Source: a virus
Lineage: Duplodnaviria; Heunggongvirae; Uroviricota; Caudoviricetes
Length of the DNA: 64,000 nt
Strand: one strand, 5' to 3'
IMG/VR virus record: IMGVR_UViG_2909314774_000001
Of the stretch, positions 18,534 to 28,828 are shown in pieces. How positions within the stretch are numbered: the first letter of the stretch is position 1; each line of letters opens with the position of its first letter. The notes beneath the pieces are model-generated. The model was not told the DNA's origin. It saw only the letters and a list, made by a program, of their open reading frames with translations, and did no database searches. The translations under genes and the position numbers were made by a program.

Positions 18534-19201
18534 TGACCAAAAAGTTTGAAATCGTATATCGCGACCCGGCAGATCTTATTCCCTATGAGATGAATGCCAA
18601 AAAGCATGATGAACAGCAGATCCGAGATCTGGCCGCAGCCATTAAAAAGCGCGGATTTGACCAGCCAATTACGGTCGATAAGAACGACGTAATTATTACT
18701 GGCCACGGCCGCCGTGAGGCTGCAATTTTTGCTGGACTTGAGCGCGTGCCGGTTATTGTTCGCGATGATCTGAGTGATGACGAGGTACGTGCAAAGCGCC
18801 TTGAAGATAACCGACTTGCCAGCATTGATTACGATGCAATTAAGCTACAGAAAGAGCTTGAGTCGCTTGTTCTGGACGATATCGAGGTTTTCGGCTTCGA
18901 AGAGCGTGAGTTGAACGTTCTCGTTGGCAGTATGACAGAAGAAATGGACACCGACTCGCTAGTTATCGATCTTGGCGAAGAAACTAAACGACAGAAGGAT
19001 GAACACACCGAGATCAGTCGTGAAGTTGCAGCGGAAGAAGTACGTGTTGTCGACGTATTGGGCTTTAAAACGCTCCCTGCTGGCTCTGCCATTGTTGTTG
19101 GTGATTTGCTTGCCCATATGGAAGAAATGACGGGAGAAAGCGGGGTAGACGCATTTGTGGCATATGCGGAGAAGATCTCTTCCGGGGAGATGGCTGCATG
19201 A
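18533..19201 (+). CDS. ParB/Srx-fold (ParB N-terminal-like) protein 2
   Basis: ITGHGRREAA motif; start overlaps the previous stop (TAATG). Confidence 0.6.
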   Translation: MTKKFEIVYRDPADLIPYEMNAKKHDEQQIRDLAAAIKKRGFDQPITVDKNDVIITGHGRREAAIFAGLERVPVIVRDDLSDDEVRAKRLEDNRLASIDYDAIKLQKELESLVLDDIEVFGFEERELNVLVGSMTEEMDTDSLVIDLGEETKRQKDEHTEISREVAAEEVRVVDVLGFKTLPAGSAIVVGDLLAHMEEMTGESGVDAFVAYAEKISSGEMAA

Positions 19202-19863
19202 GCAAATACATCATCAACGTATCGTTTCAGACACGCGTAAATAAAACCACGCGCACGTTGGAAATCGCTGAGTCGTTCGGGCTTGGCCTGGACGAAAAAG
19301 AGTGGACGCTTTACGACAATCTGGAGCTGGAAGTGAAGCAGGGCGATGTGGTGTACATCACCGGCCAATCCGGTTCCGGCAAATCCGTTGTGCTGCGCGA
19401 GTTGCAACGACAGATGAAGGATGAAGGGCTGTCTGTAGCCTCCATCGATGATTTTACCTTCGATAATGAGGTTAACGTCATCGATCAGTTGGGCAAAACG
19501 ACCAGTGATGCGCTTGGGTTGTTATCTATGGCTGGTCTGAACGATGCATATCTGTTTGTTCGCAAGCCTTCTGAAATGTCAGACGGCCAGAAATATCGTC
19601 TCAAGATTGCCAAACTGATTGAGTCAGGCGCTAAAGTATGGGCTGCTGACGAGTTCGGCGCTGTTCTCGACCGTGTAACCGCTCAGGTTGTGGCGTCTAA
19701 CCTCCAGCGTGCCGCTCGAAAGGTTGGTGCGACGGTAATGGTGGCGACGACTCACGAAGACCTGAAGAACGCGCTGCGCCCTGATATGCAGATCACCAAG
19801 CACTACAAAGAACGCGTGAAGGTGGAATATCACAATGGTAGTCATGATGAGGTCCATTCATGA
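19198..19863 (+). CDS. soluble ABC-type ATPase
   Basis: Walker A GQSGSGKS, signature-like MSDGQ, Walker B VWAADEF, H-loop TTHE; translationally coupled to neighbours. Confidence 0.65.
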   Translation: MSKYIINVSFQTRVNKTTRTLEIAESFGLGLDEKEWTLYDNLELEVKQGDVVYITGQSGSGKSVVLRELQRQMKDEGLSVASIDDFTFDNEVNVIDQLGKTTSDALGLLSMAGLNDAYLFVRKPSEMSDGQKYRLKIAKLIESGAKVWAADEFGAVLDRVTAQVVASNLQRAARKVGATVMVATTHEDLKNALRPDMQITKHYKERVKVEYHNGSHDEVHS

Positions 19864-20750
19864 CGGACATCATCATTAAACGCTACCGCCCTGAAGAGTT
19901 TCCGCGTCATCTGGACTTTCTGGAGCGAATGACTGTTACAAAGGGAACTGTAGAGGACTGGCACGCTCTTAAGTCGCTTCACTACAAAACAGACGGCAAA
20001 CCTTTCGCGCCAACTTACTATCGCTGCGAACTTGATGACCGTCTGGTGGGCGTCGTGGTTATGGCTTACCCGAAACTACTGTTGGCACCTCGCCACCGCA
20101 TGTTTCCTAAGTTGAAACCAACCACTAATACCACCGTGGCTAACCAGTACTGGGGTCGGTACGTGAATAACAACTTTGCGGTGATCAGTCGCTCAGTTGT
20201 GGATACTCAGTATCGTGGCGTAGGCGTCTCTTATCGAATGATTAACCTGGTTAGCAGGATGCATGACCGGCCAATCATTGAGATCCAGTCCTCGATGAGC
20301 AAATACAATCCCTTCGCCATGAAAGCAGGGTTTAAGTTCATCCGCCCTGAGCGACCGAAGAGCTATGAAAGTGCACTGCGTGTATTCCAGCGCCATTTCC
20401 GTTCCGACCCGGGTGATAACGAGGCGATCGTCAAAGAGTTGTTCGCAATGAGCGAGTCTCGTCGTCGCCGTGCACTGCGTGATCTGGTAGCGGACTACCA
20501 CAAGAACAGTTCCCTGGCAAAAGCTGGGCGGAATCGTGGCACGACGATTCAGGACATTGCCGACAGTCTGGTGGACGAGGCCAGCATTGTGAAGCTGCTC
20601 AAGGACATTCACACCCTGAGCTTTACGTCTCCGTTGTATGGTGTGTACCGAAACCCTGACTTTGGTCGTCGGCTGCCTGACACGCTGCCACTGCTGGCAT
20701 TCGACAAACAACCTTTGGATAAACCGTTAGAAATTGCTTTACCGGCATAA
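19860..20750 (+). CDS. GNAT-like acyltransferase-fold protein with C-terminal extension
   Basis: motif-A-like VDTQYRGVGVSYRM and NPFAMKAGFKFI. Confidence 0.45.
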   Translation: MTDIIIKRYRPEEFPRHLDFLERMTVTKGTVEDWHALKSLHYKTDGKPFAPTYYRCELDDRLVGVVVMAYPKLLLAPRHRMFPKLKPTTNTTVANQYWGRYVNNNFAVISRSVVDTQYRGVGVSYRMINLVSRMHDRPIIEIQSSMSKYNPFAMKAGFKFIRPERPKSYESALRVFQRHFRSDPGDNEAIVKELFAMSESRRRRALRDLVADYHKNSSLAKAGRNRGTTIQDIADSLVDEASIVKLLKDIHTLSFTSPLYGVYRNPDFGRRLPDTLPLLAFDKQPLDKPLEIALPA

Positions 20751-20759
20751 GGATTTGCC

Positions 20760-21026
20760 ATGACGTTAACCGATAAACAAAAGGACATCATCAAAACGCT
20801 CAATCTCGGTTATGAGCGAGGTCATCTACTTGACCTGGACGAATTGCTTGAAGTTTTGCCGTACAAGACAACCAAGCAAAGTATCCAGTTCTCAATTCGC
20901 GCTCTGATAAAAAAGGGGCTGGTGGAGAAAGGGCATACGCGCCAACGCAGTGACAATCGCTATCACCGCCGAACTCTTGGGTTAACCACTTTAGGTCGAG
21001 CCAAAGCGAAGTTACTGGTGATGTAA
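20760..21026 (+). CDS. small basic protein, possible winged-helix DNA-binding
   Basis: 88-aa ORF, Lys/Arg-rich C-terminus. Confidence 0.4.
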   Translation: MTLTDKQKDIIKTLNLGYERGHLLDLDELLEVLPYKTTKQSIQFSIRALIKKGLVEKGHTRQRSDNRYHRRTLGLTTLGRAKAKLLVM

Positions 21027-21048
21027 TCGGTCTGGGAGCTTATTTAAA

Positions 21049-21106
21049 GACCTGCTTCTGTATATATAAATAATAAGTAACTTATTAAATATATACAGAA
21101 GCAGGC
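21049..21106. repeat. large near-perfect palindrome (CCTGCTTCTGTATATAT ... ATATATACAGAAGCAGG) with AATAAGTAACTTATT core
   Basis: 17-bp arms are exact reverse complements; a diverged second copy lies at 55941-56000. Confidence 0.8.
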
Positions 21107-21222
21107 TTAATAAGACATGCCCAGACCTAATTAAACACCCCAGAAAACAAGTTGGTTAGCAGATTCAGTAAACAAGTTGTTTTAGAGCGCATGGACGCGC
21201 TCTGTGTGTTTTAGAGGGATCT

Positions 21223-21855
21223 ATGACGGTCGAAAAAGACGAGGTAAAAACTCGCCTGACACCAGCGGAGTGGGCCGAAGCTGAAGCCAAATGGACGTCA
21301 GGCGAATATACACTCTCAAAGCTGGAGGAAGAGTACGGCATTCGTCGTGAAACACTCTCCAGACATTTCAAAAAGCGAGGATTAGAGAAAGGCGCGGACT
21401 CTGTTGGGAAGATGGTTCGTGAGTCTCTTAAATCTGACGCAGAGCTTCGCGCTAAAGCCCGTGCGGAAAAGATAGAAGAACGTCGTACACGTTATGACGG
21501 CTGGGCGTATGCGTTGGGGCAGATGGTGATGGTCGAAGTCACTACGGCCAAACGTGAGGGTAAGCCTTTAGGGGCGATTGAGGATTCTCTCAAGAGCTTA
21601 CAGAGAGCCAGTAATACCCTTGCAAAATGCTTTGAAGTTTCGTCCAAAGCATTGGGCATGGATCATGCGGAAAATGACGAGGAAGAAATTCCGAACCTGG
21701 TATTTGGTGAGCTTACGCCTTCCCAGGTGGCGAAATTACGTCAGGAAGACGACGAGCCTGAAATCATCGATGACGAATTGCTTGAGACGTTGGAAGAAGA
21801 AGCTCTAAGCGAATTTGATGCGACAGATGATGGAAGTGAAGGGGAGGACGAATAA
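21223..21855 (+). CDS. terminase small subunit (putative)
   Basis: position directly upstream of the large terminase, HTH-like N-terminus, acidic C-terminus; two class-A palindromes upstream. Confidence 0.55.
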   Translation: MTVEKDEVKTRLTPAEWAEAEAKWTSGEYTLSKLEEEYGIRRETLSRHFKKRGLEKGADSVGKMVRESLKSDAELRAKARAEKIEERRTRYDGWAYALGQMVMVEVTTAKREGKPLGAIEDSLKSLQRASNTLAKCFEVSSKALGMDHAENDEEEIPNLVFGELTPSQVAKLRQEDDEPEIIDDELLETLEEEALSEFDATDDGSEGEDE

Positions 21856-23111
21856 TGGCAATCCCGTCCTCGCTCAGTCTTGTGCAACTGCATTCTGGAC
21901 AGATGAAAGTCTTCCAGTCTCCGCATCGATTTAAAGTTGTTTGTGCTGGTCGACGCTGGGGAAAATCCCGGTTGTCGATCTCCACTATTATTCGTGCGGC
22001 GGCAAAGGAAAAAAAGCAAAGAGTCTGGTATGTCGCTCCTACTTACCAGATGGCTCGCCAGATTTTGTGGGACGATCTACAGGAAGTTCTGCCTCGTAAG
22101 TGGGTTAGGAAAAAGAACGACACCACGATGACAATCGTGTTGAAGAACGGTTCGGAGATCGCCCTCAAAGGTGCTGATAAGCCTGACACTCTGCGCGGCG
22201 TAGCGTTGCATTTTGTAGTGCTTGATGAATTTCAGGATATGAAGGCTGACACCTGGTACAAGGTGTTACGACCTACTCTTTCATCGACACGCGGCGGTGC
22301 ACTGATCATTGGTACGCCAAAAGGCTTCTCGGAATTTCACAAACTGTGGACTATAGGCCAGAACGTAGAGCTGCAAAGAAAGGGACAGTGGAAGAGCTGG
22401 CAGTTTGTAACTGCCGATTCTCCGTTTGTACCTACGGCGGAAATTGAAGCTGCTAAGAACGATATGGACCCGAAATCGTTCGCTCAGGAGTACCTGGCGA
22501 GCTTTGAGAACATGTCCGGGCGCGTTTACTACCCGTTCGATCGTAACGTGCATGTAAAACCGCTTCAGTTCAACCCTCGGTTGCCTATATGGGTAGGGCA
22601 GGACTTCAACATTGACCCGATGTCTTCAGTAATTTTGCAACCTCAGCCAAATGGTGAGCTATGGGCAATTGATGAATTGGTGCTCTTTTCCTCTAACACG
22701 GCAGAGGTTTGTGATGAGCTTGAGAGACGCTTCTGGCGCTGGAAATCACAGATAACGGTATTTCCAGATCCGGCAGGTGCTTATCGCCAACATGCTCGCG
22801 GGGAGTCTGACGTCGACATATTCAAAGAGAAGGGATTCTTACGTGTCGATTATTCGAAAAAGCACCCGCCAATTGCGGATCGTGTTAATGCTGTTAACCG
22901 AATGCTGATGACCGCATCTGGAGATATCCGGCTGTATATCGATCCGAAGTGCAAGCATTTGATTGATTCACTGGAAAAAGTCATCTACAAGCCTGGAACA
23001 CGAGATATGGATAAGACAGGTGGCATTGAGCATAGTGCAGACGCATTGGGCTATCCAGTACATCGTAGGTATCCAGTCAAAAACCGTGTTATTCTTGGTG
23101 GTTCTCGATAG
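21855..23111 (+). CDS. terminase large subunit
   Basis: Walker A CAGRRWGKS, Walker B VVLDEFQD, nuclease-domain-like C-terminal half. Confidence 0.85.
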   Translation: MAIPSSLSLVQLHSGQMKVFQSPHRFKVVCAGRRWGKSRLSISTIIRAAAKEKKQRVWYVAPTYQMARQILWDDLQEVLPRKWVRKKNDTTMTIVLKNGSEIALKGADKPDTLRGVALHFVVLDEFQDMKADTWYKVLRPTLSSTRGGALIIGTPKGFSEFHKLWTIGQNVELQRKGQWKSWQFVTADSPFVPTAEIEAAKNDMDPKSFAQEYLASFENMSGRVYYPFDRNVHVKPLQFNPRLPIWVGQDFNIDPMSSVILQPQPNGELWAIDELVLFSSNTAEVCDELERRFWRWKSQITVFPDPAGAYRQHARGESDVDIFKEKGFLRVDYSKKHPPIADRVNAVNRMLMTASGDIRLYIDPKCKHLIDSLEKVIYKPGTRDMDKTGGIEHSADALGYPVHRRYPVKNRVILGGSR

Positions 23112-23137
23112 GTAAGTAATTATCTAAGGTTATTCAA

Positions 23138-24712
23138 ATGGAATTGAACGACAAACAAATTAAGGATCTGGTGGCGCGACGCCACCCGGAATACGAAAAG
23201 AAAAAAGAACATTGGGACTTCCTCGCCAGCACTTACGCTGGCGGGCGTGGTTGGTTTACAGACAATATCTTTCGTTACTTTAAAGAGGGAGATCAGGAGT
23301 TTAAGGAGCGAGTTGAACGTGCTTATCGCTTCAACCACACTCGTGAGGTGGTAAACCTCATCAACAAATATCTCTTTAAAGAAGACATTCATAGAAATAT
23401 CGAAGAGGCACCAGAGCAGATCCGCAATTTCTGGAAACGTGCGACTCGCCAGAATGCCTCTATTGACTCATTTATGGCCGCTATTGATTTGCAGTCGTCT
23501 ATTTACGGTCGCATATGGGTTGTTGTCGATAGCACGATGAGTGGTGATGTTGAGTCAGTAGCTGACGAGAAAAAGAAAGATGCTCGCGCCTACGCCTACT
23601 GGATTTCACCTCAGCAAATGCTGGATGTGGCATGGGACGACGACGGGAATATGTTGTGGGCGTTAATTGTGGAAGTCGCTCGTGATGACGCAGATCCTTT
23701 TACTTCTACAGGTCAGGAATACCAACGTTATCGTCTGTGGACACAAAACGAGTGGTATCTGTTCCGTGAGGAAGTGAAGAAGGGCGCTGGTGGAGCAGGT
23801 CGCCGTCAGGCAAAAGTTATTTTAGAGGATAGCGGTGAGCATAATCTCGGCGTAGTTCCTGTGTTTCCTGTTGATTGTATTGGAGAAAGTGAATCACCGT
23901 ATTTCAGCCCATCGTTGATCGATGATATCGCTTATCTTGATCGTGCGGTTGCAAACTATCTGTCAAACCTTGATGCCATTATTCAGGATCAGACATTTAG
24001 CCAGTTGGCTATACCGGTACAGTCGCTTTTACCTGGTGATGAAAACCACACTAAAGTGCTTGAAATGGGCACAAAGCGAGTCTTCACCTACGATTCTGAA
24101 GGTGGAAACCAGCCGTTTTATCTGTCACCAGACCCGAAACAAGCTCAGATGATCATCACTACGATTAAGACGGTGATTAACGAAATCTACCATTCAGTTG
24201 GTGTAGCTGGTGAGCGAACGAAGCAGGACAACGCACAGGGAATCGATAATTCATCTGGTGCCGCAAAAATGTATGACTTCCAGCGTGTAAATAGCTTGCT
24301 TGTCACAAAAGCAGAGCGTCTGGAAAGGGCTGAACGCCAAATCATGCTACTGGTTGCGAAATGGATGGGGGTAGATCTGGACGAAGACCACTCTTTAATT
24401 GCATATCCAGAAAGTTTCGATATTCGTGGCCTTACTGATGAATTTTCTGTTGCCGAGAAACTGTCATTACTTCAGGCACCGGACTCTGTACGTCGTCACC
24501 AGATGGAAATGCTTATTGAGAAGATTTTCCCGAACATTACTGAGGCGATGAAAAAGGAATTTGATAAAGATCTCTTGAATTTTCCTCCAAAAAATGATCT
24601 AAATACCCTTGAAAATAAGTCAGTACTTACTTATGATCGTGGTGCAGCCCAAGAAAGCGGGCAAGATCAACCCCGAGGGAATGGGGACTCATCTACTCAA
24701 GAGAACGAGTGA
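23138..24712 (+). CDS. portal protein (putative)
   Basis: 524-aa ORF directly after the large terminase. Confidence 0.65.
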   Translation: MELNDKQIKDLVARRHPEYEKKKEHWDFLASTYAGGRGWFTDNIFRYFKEGDQEFKERVERAYRFNHTREVVNLINKYLFKEDIHRNIEEAPEQIRNFWKRATRQNASIDSFMAAIDLQSSIYGRIWVVVDSTMSGDVESVADEKKKDARAYAYWISPQQMLDVAWDDDGNMLWALIVEVARDDADPFTSTGQEYQRYRLWTQNEWYLFREEVKKGAGGAGRRQAKVILEDSGEHNLGVVPVFPVDCIGESESPYFSPSLIDDIAYLDRAVANYLSNLDAIIQDQTFSQLAIPVQSLLPGDENHTKVLEMGTKRVFTYDSEGGNQPFYLSPDPKQAQMIITTIKTVINEIYHSVGVAGERTKQDNAQGIDNSSGAAKMYDFQRVNSLLVTKAERLERAERQIMLLVAKWMGVDLDEDHSLIAYPESFDIRGLTDEFSVAEKLSLLQAPDSVRRHQMEMLIEKIFPNITEAMKKEFDKDLLNFPPKNDLNTLENKSVLTYDRGAAQESGQDQPRGNGDSSTQENE

Positions 24713-24733
24713 TAAGTAACAAAAGGAATTTTT

Positions 24734-25621
24734 ATGAATCTGTGGCAAATGCTTTTGGCCCGTCGTGGTCTGATGGATGTCGCTGAAGCGCATGAGCGTG
24801 GAGGCGCTGGCGGTGTAGCTGCTGATAATGAGCAGAGTACACAAGATCCTGACAAACAGGGTGAACAAAAAGAGCAGCCGAAGGGCGATGACGAATACGC
24901 TGGCATGACTCAGGAAGAGTTACTGGCCGAACTTCGTAAAACCAAGAAAGCTGGTGCTGAACTGCTGAAGGAGAACATGAAGCGCAAAGAGAAAGAGCGC
25001 ACATTGGCCGATCAGCTTGCTCAGTACGGTGATATCGATCCGGCTCGTGCTCGCCAGCTTTTAGAAGCTGAACAGGCCGCAGAAAACGCACGTCGTGAGG
25101 CGGAGCAAGCTGAACTGGAGCGTCGTGGTGAGTTCGATGCTGTTAAAAAACAGATGATCGAAGCACACCAGGCAGAGCTGGCACAGCGTGACGAACGTTA
25201 TGCAGCACTGGAAAGTGAAAACGCATCACTGAAATCTCAATTAGTCGAGATGACCGTGGGCGCTTCCTTCAGTAACTCTCTCTTCCTACGTGACAAAGTT
25301 CTGATGACCCCGGCAAAAGCCCGCGTGATCTACGGTTCTCATTTTGAAGTGGGTGAAGACGGTAGCGTAGTGGGTTATGACAAACCGGCAGGTCACAAAG
25401 AACGAGCTGTTCTGGTTGACGGTGAAGGTAAGCCGTTGCCGTTTGAATCCGCGATTGAACGCATTGTGCGGGCAGATCCGGAAGCTGACGCATTGATGCG
25501 TAGCGAAGCCAAGCAGGGTGTAGGCTCACATTCCAAATCGACCTACACAATATCCCAACCGAAGAACAAGTCGACTATGGATAAGTTGGCCTCCGGTCTG
25601 GGGAAAATTGGACTTAAGTAA
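24734..25621 (+). CDS. scaffolding protein (putative)
   Basis: charged, coiled-coil-like, between portal and capsid genes. Confidence 0.5.
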   Translation: MNLWQMLLARRGLMDVAEAHERGGAGGVAADNEQSTQDPDKQGEQKEQPKGDDEYAGMTQEELLAELRKTKKAGAELLKENMKRKEKERTLADQLAQYGDIDPARARQLLEAEQAAENARREAEQAELERRGEFDAVKKQMIEAHQAELAQRDERYAALESENASLKSQLVEMTVGASFSNSLFLRDKVLMTPAKARVIYGSHFEVGEDGSVVGYDKPAGHKERAVLVDGEGKPLPFESAIERIVRADPEADALMRSEAKQGVGSHSKSTYTISQPKNKSTMDKLASGLGKIGLK

Positions 25622-25646
25622 CATCTAAATCAAAGGGAATTGATAG

Positions 25647-26522
25647 ATGCCATTACTGCGTGAAGAAGCTGAAAAGCTGTCTAACAACGAACTTGAACAG
25701 GGTGTGATCGAAACTATCATCGATCGCGATGACCTGTTTGCCATCCTGCCTTTTATGAAAATTAATTCAAAGGCATATCTGTACAACCGTGAAAAAACGC
25801 TGAGTGAAGCTACCTTCATCGACGTTAACGACACCATCCCTGAAGGTGCAGCAACCTTCGAAGAATGCGTTGCGAAACTGCGTATTCTGGCTGGTGACGT
25901 AGACGTTGATAAATTCCTGGCGACCACTATGGCCGACACCAACAACCAGTTGGCTATTCAGGTTCGTCAGAAAGTTAAAGGTCTGGCTCGTGCGTTCCGT
26001 CGCAACCTGATTTTGGGTGACTCCAGCTCCAACAACAAGGCGTTTGACGGCATTCCACGCCTGATGCACGCAGATCAGAAGATCGATATCGCCGGTGCAT
26101 CTATGACTTTCTCTATGTTCGACGAACTGGTCGATGCGGTGAAAGATCTTGGTGCTGACTGCATCATGATGCGTTCAGAGCACCTGCGTGCTTACCGTGC
26201 GCTGCTGCGTACAGTAAACGTAGGTCCGTCTGAAATCATGATGGAGAACTTCGGTCGTCCGATGCTGTGTCATAACGGCGTTCCGTTCATCATCAACGAC
26301 TTCATCCCGACCGATTCTGGCAAAGCAAGCATCTACTGCCTGCATCTGTCAGAAGAGAACGGCGTTACTGGTCTGTATGGCGGCGACAACGCAGGTATCG
26401 TTGTTGAAAACATTGGTACTGTACAGAACAAAGACGCAGTACGTACCCGTGTGAAGTGGTACTGCTCTCTGGCGAATAAGCACGATAAGGCTATCGCTGC
26501 ACTGACCAATGTAAAAATTTAA
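25647..26522 (+). CDS. major capsid protein (putative)
   Basis: gene order; terminator 26555-26584 downstream. Confidence 0.6.
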   Translation: MPLLREEAEKLSNNELEQGVIETIIDRDDLFAILPFMKINSKAYLYNREKTLSEATFIDVNDTIPEGAATFEECVAKLRILAGDVDVDKFLATTMADTNNQLAIQVRQKVKGLARAFRRNLILGDSSSNNKAFDGIPRLMHADQKIDIAGASMTFSMFDELVDAVKDLGADCIMMRSEHLRAYRALLRTVNVGPSEIMMENFGRPMLCHNGVPFIINDFIPTDSGKASIYCLHLSEENGVTGLYGGDNAGIVVENIGTVQNKDAVRTRVKWYCSLANKHDKAIAALTNVKI

Positions 26523-26554
26523 TCAGTGAAGTAGATAAGTAATTATCTATGTTA

Positions 26555-26584
26555 AAGGGTGGGCTATACGCCCACCCTTTTTGT
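26555..26584 (+). terminator. intrinsic terminator (AAGGGTGGGC tata CGCCCACCCTT + TTTT)
   Basis: strong GC stem with T-run after the capsid gene. Confidence 0.75.
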
Positions 26585-26595
26585 AGGAGCGAGAA

Positions 26596-27516
26596 ATGCC
26601 AGAACAAAAGATGAAGATTACGGAAGAGGCATTTTCGGATTTTACGGGGCATATGTGCCGTGCCGGATTTACCAATTCTATCTCCGATGAACCTTTAACC
26701 GAGCGACAACAAAGTCAGCTATCTGCTTGTTTGCAGGCGGTTCCCTTCTCCCAATCCGTAAACATAACCCCGGCTTCACCGTCAGTTTTGGTTGGGAAAA
26801 CTGTTCAACTTAGTGCAGGTATTACTATGGGTAAGAGTGCCAGTTCATTCACCTGGAAGTCAGCCAATGATCAAATTGCAACCGTCAACGGCACTGGATT
26901 AGTAACTGGCGTAGCACCAGGCAAAGTGAAAATTACCGCAACTGATCAGGAAACCCAGCTTTCCGCGTCAGTGGAAGTCACCGTAAATCCGGTAGCCGTT
27001 CAATCCGTAACGGTAACGCCAGACTCAACCTCTGTTGAGAAAGGGAAATCAGTCAGTCTGAAAGCGAATGTTCAGCCGTCAAATGCGACGAATAAGGCTG
27101 TTACCTGGTCTTCCAAAAATGAAGATAAAGCAACGGTAGACCAGAGCGGGAACGTTACTGGTGTAGAAGTTGGCACTGCGACGATTGAGATCGTTTCCAA
27201 AGATGGCAGCAAAAAGGGAACTGCAACGGTGGAAGTAACTGCGCCTGTTGTGGCTGTTACCGGCGTCGAAATCGACCCAAATAGCACAACCGTTGAGGCA
27301 AACAAAACTGTTCAGCTGACCGCAAATGTCGAGCCGGCAGGAGCAACAAATAAAACCGTTACTTGGGAATCCAAAAATACCGAGTTTGCAACGGTGGATA
27401 GCGAAACCGGTGTTGTAACTGGCGTTGCGGCTGGTACTGCCACAATCGAGGTTACTACCCAAGATGGTAGCCACAAAGCGACAGCGACCGTAGAAGTCAC
27501 TGCTGCACAGGAATAA
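26596..27516 (+). CDS. Ig-like (Big_2-type) repeat protein, probable head decoration
   Basis: three tandem repeats of the VTVTP..VEKGKSV..ATNKAVTW..D..G.VTGV..GTATIEV type. Confidence 0.7.
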   Translation: MPEQKMKITEEAFSDFTGHMCRAGFTNSISDEPLTERQQSQLSACLQAVPFSQSVNITPASPSVLVGKTVQLSAGITMGKSASSFTWKSANDQIATVNGTGLVTGVAPGKVKITATDQETQLSASVEVTVNPVAVQSVTVTPDSTSVEKGKSVSLKANVQPSNATNKAVTWSSKNEDKATVDQSGNVTGVEVGTATIEIVSKDGSKKGTATVEVTAPVVAVTGVEIDPNSTTVEANKTVQLTANVEPAGATNKTVTWESKNTEFATVDSETGVVTGVAAGTATIEVTTQDGSHKATATVEVTAAQE

Positions 27517-27560
27517 TCAATATTGGGCGGCGAAAGCCGCCCATGTAGAGAGAATGCGTT

Positions 27561-27995
27561 ATGAAACCAGCAAAAATTGTTTTATTAGAACCGCAATTTT
27601 CCGGTTATTCGGGAATGTTGTGCGGCGTTCAGTTCGAGAACGGGGTGTCCGTAGCGGAGTTGCCTTTTATCGATCAGCAAAGGATTTGTGCCTCAATGCG
27701 AGCATCAACAGTCGAGGGCAAAAATGTTTCTCCGTCTGCCGCATACAGTGATCGTGGCGAGTTGACCGCAGACCTGATTACCGAGCCAGCAGCACCTGAC
27801 ATTGTGCCAATGAAACGTGGGACACCAGATGAACCGGCCAAACAGATCCAGACTTTCACACGAGAAGAGTTGGAGTCAATTGCAGACAATGAAGGCATTG
27901 CCGGTCTACGTGTGATTGGTAATCAGGTTGGTGTCAAAGCGAAAGGAATTGTCGAGATGATTGAAGGCATCCTGAAAGCACAAGGCGGTGAGTAA
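27561..27995 (+). CDS. hypothetical head-associated protein
   Basis: ORF in the head-tail joining region. Confidence 0.4.
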   Translation: MKPAKIVLLEPQFSGYSGMLCGVQFENGVSVAELPFIDQQRICASMRASTVEGKNVSPSAAYSDRGELTADLITEPAAPDIVPMKRGTPDEPAKQIQTFTREELESIADNEGIAGLRVIGNQVGVKAKGIVEMIEGILKAQGGE

Positions 27996-28828
27996 TGGCG
28001 CAGATCGACTCGTATCGTAGCGGTGAAGCTGTTTCCCTTTCATTTGCCTTCAACGTGCTGGATATCGAATCTGCTACCTACACAGTAAAGGACAGCACCG
28101 GGGCTATTCTCGTTGATGGCGAGCCGCTAGAAATTACCAGCGGTCAAATGTCGATTCCGGTTGTCGTGTCGGCTGAATATAACCAGCTCTCTGAGAAAGA
28201 ACGCGATCTGCGGTACGTCATTGTGAAGGCTGTTGCATCGGGTCTGACGCATGAAGAGCGGCAAATGTATGTTCTGCTGAATAGTTTTGAACTGTCGATA
28301 CCAGAACAGTCGTTTGCAACTGTCGCTGATGCTCAAATGCAGGCGATCGATATGCTGAATGGGGACACTTTGCTGTCGGATGGTGAAGGCTTAATGCGCA
28401 AGCGTCTCATTGAGGCTACCAGACGAATTAAAACTTTACCGTTCTCAATCCGCAAAATTCTACGTATCGACTTTGACCGATACGATCGCCCTCAAAATAT
28501 GCTGAATGTGTATGACATTCCGTGGGGAGCAGATGGAGCGTACCGGCATGATTTAGTCGATTGGGAAAAGATGACGCAGGAGAAGTTTGAAGAGTTCCCT
28601 GACTACTTCAAAGAAGCGTTGATGCTTGCCGTTGTCAACGAAGCGTGTGAGATCGCAAATGGCAATGATGTTGCCGCAGCACGAGAGGATGGCATTTTGT
28701 CAGAGTCAATCGGTGAAACAACCAACATGTACCGTACCGGTAAAGCTGCAAACGTGCATGTGGCTCGCAGTACCTGGCGCTTGCTGGTCAGTTACATCAA
28801 CAACCGTATGATTGTTCGCCGTGCGTAA
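27995..28828 (+). CDS. hypothetical head/connector protein
   Basis: translationally coupled ORF. Confidence 0.4.
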   Translation: MAQIDSYRSGEAVSLSFAFNVLDIESATYTVKDSTGAILVDGEPLEITSGQMSIPVVVSAEYNQLSEKERDLRYVIVKAVASGLTHEERQMYVLLNSFELSIPEQSFATVADAQMQAIDMLNGDTLLSDGEGLMRKRLIEATRRIKTLPFSIRKILRIDFDRYDRPQNMLNVYDIPWGADGAYRHDLVDWEKMTQEKFEEFPDYFKEALMLAVVNEACEIANGNDVAAAREDGILSESIGETTNMYRTGKAANVHVARSTWRLLVSYINNRMIVRRA

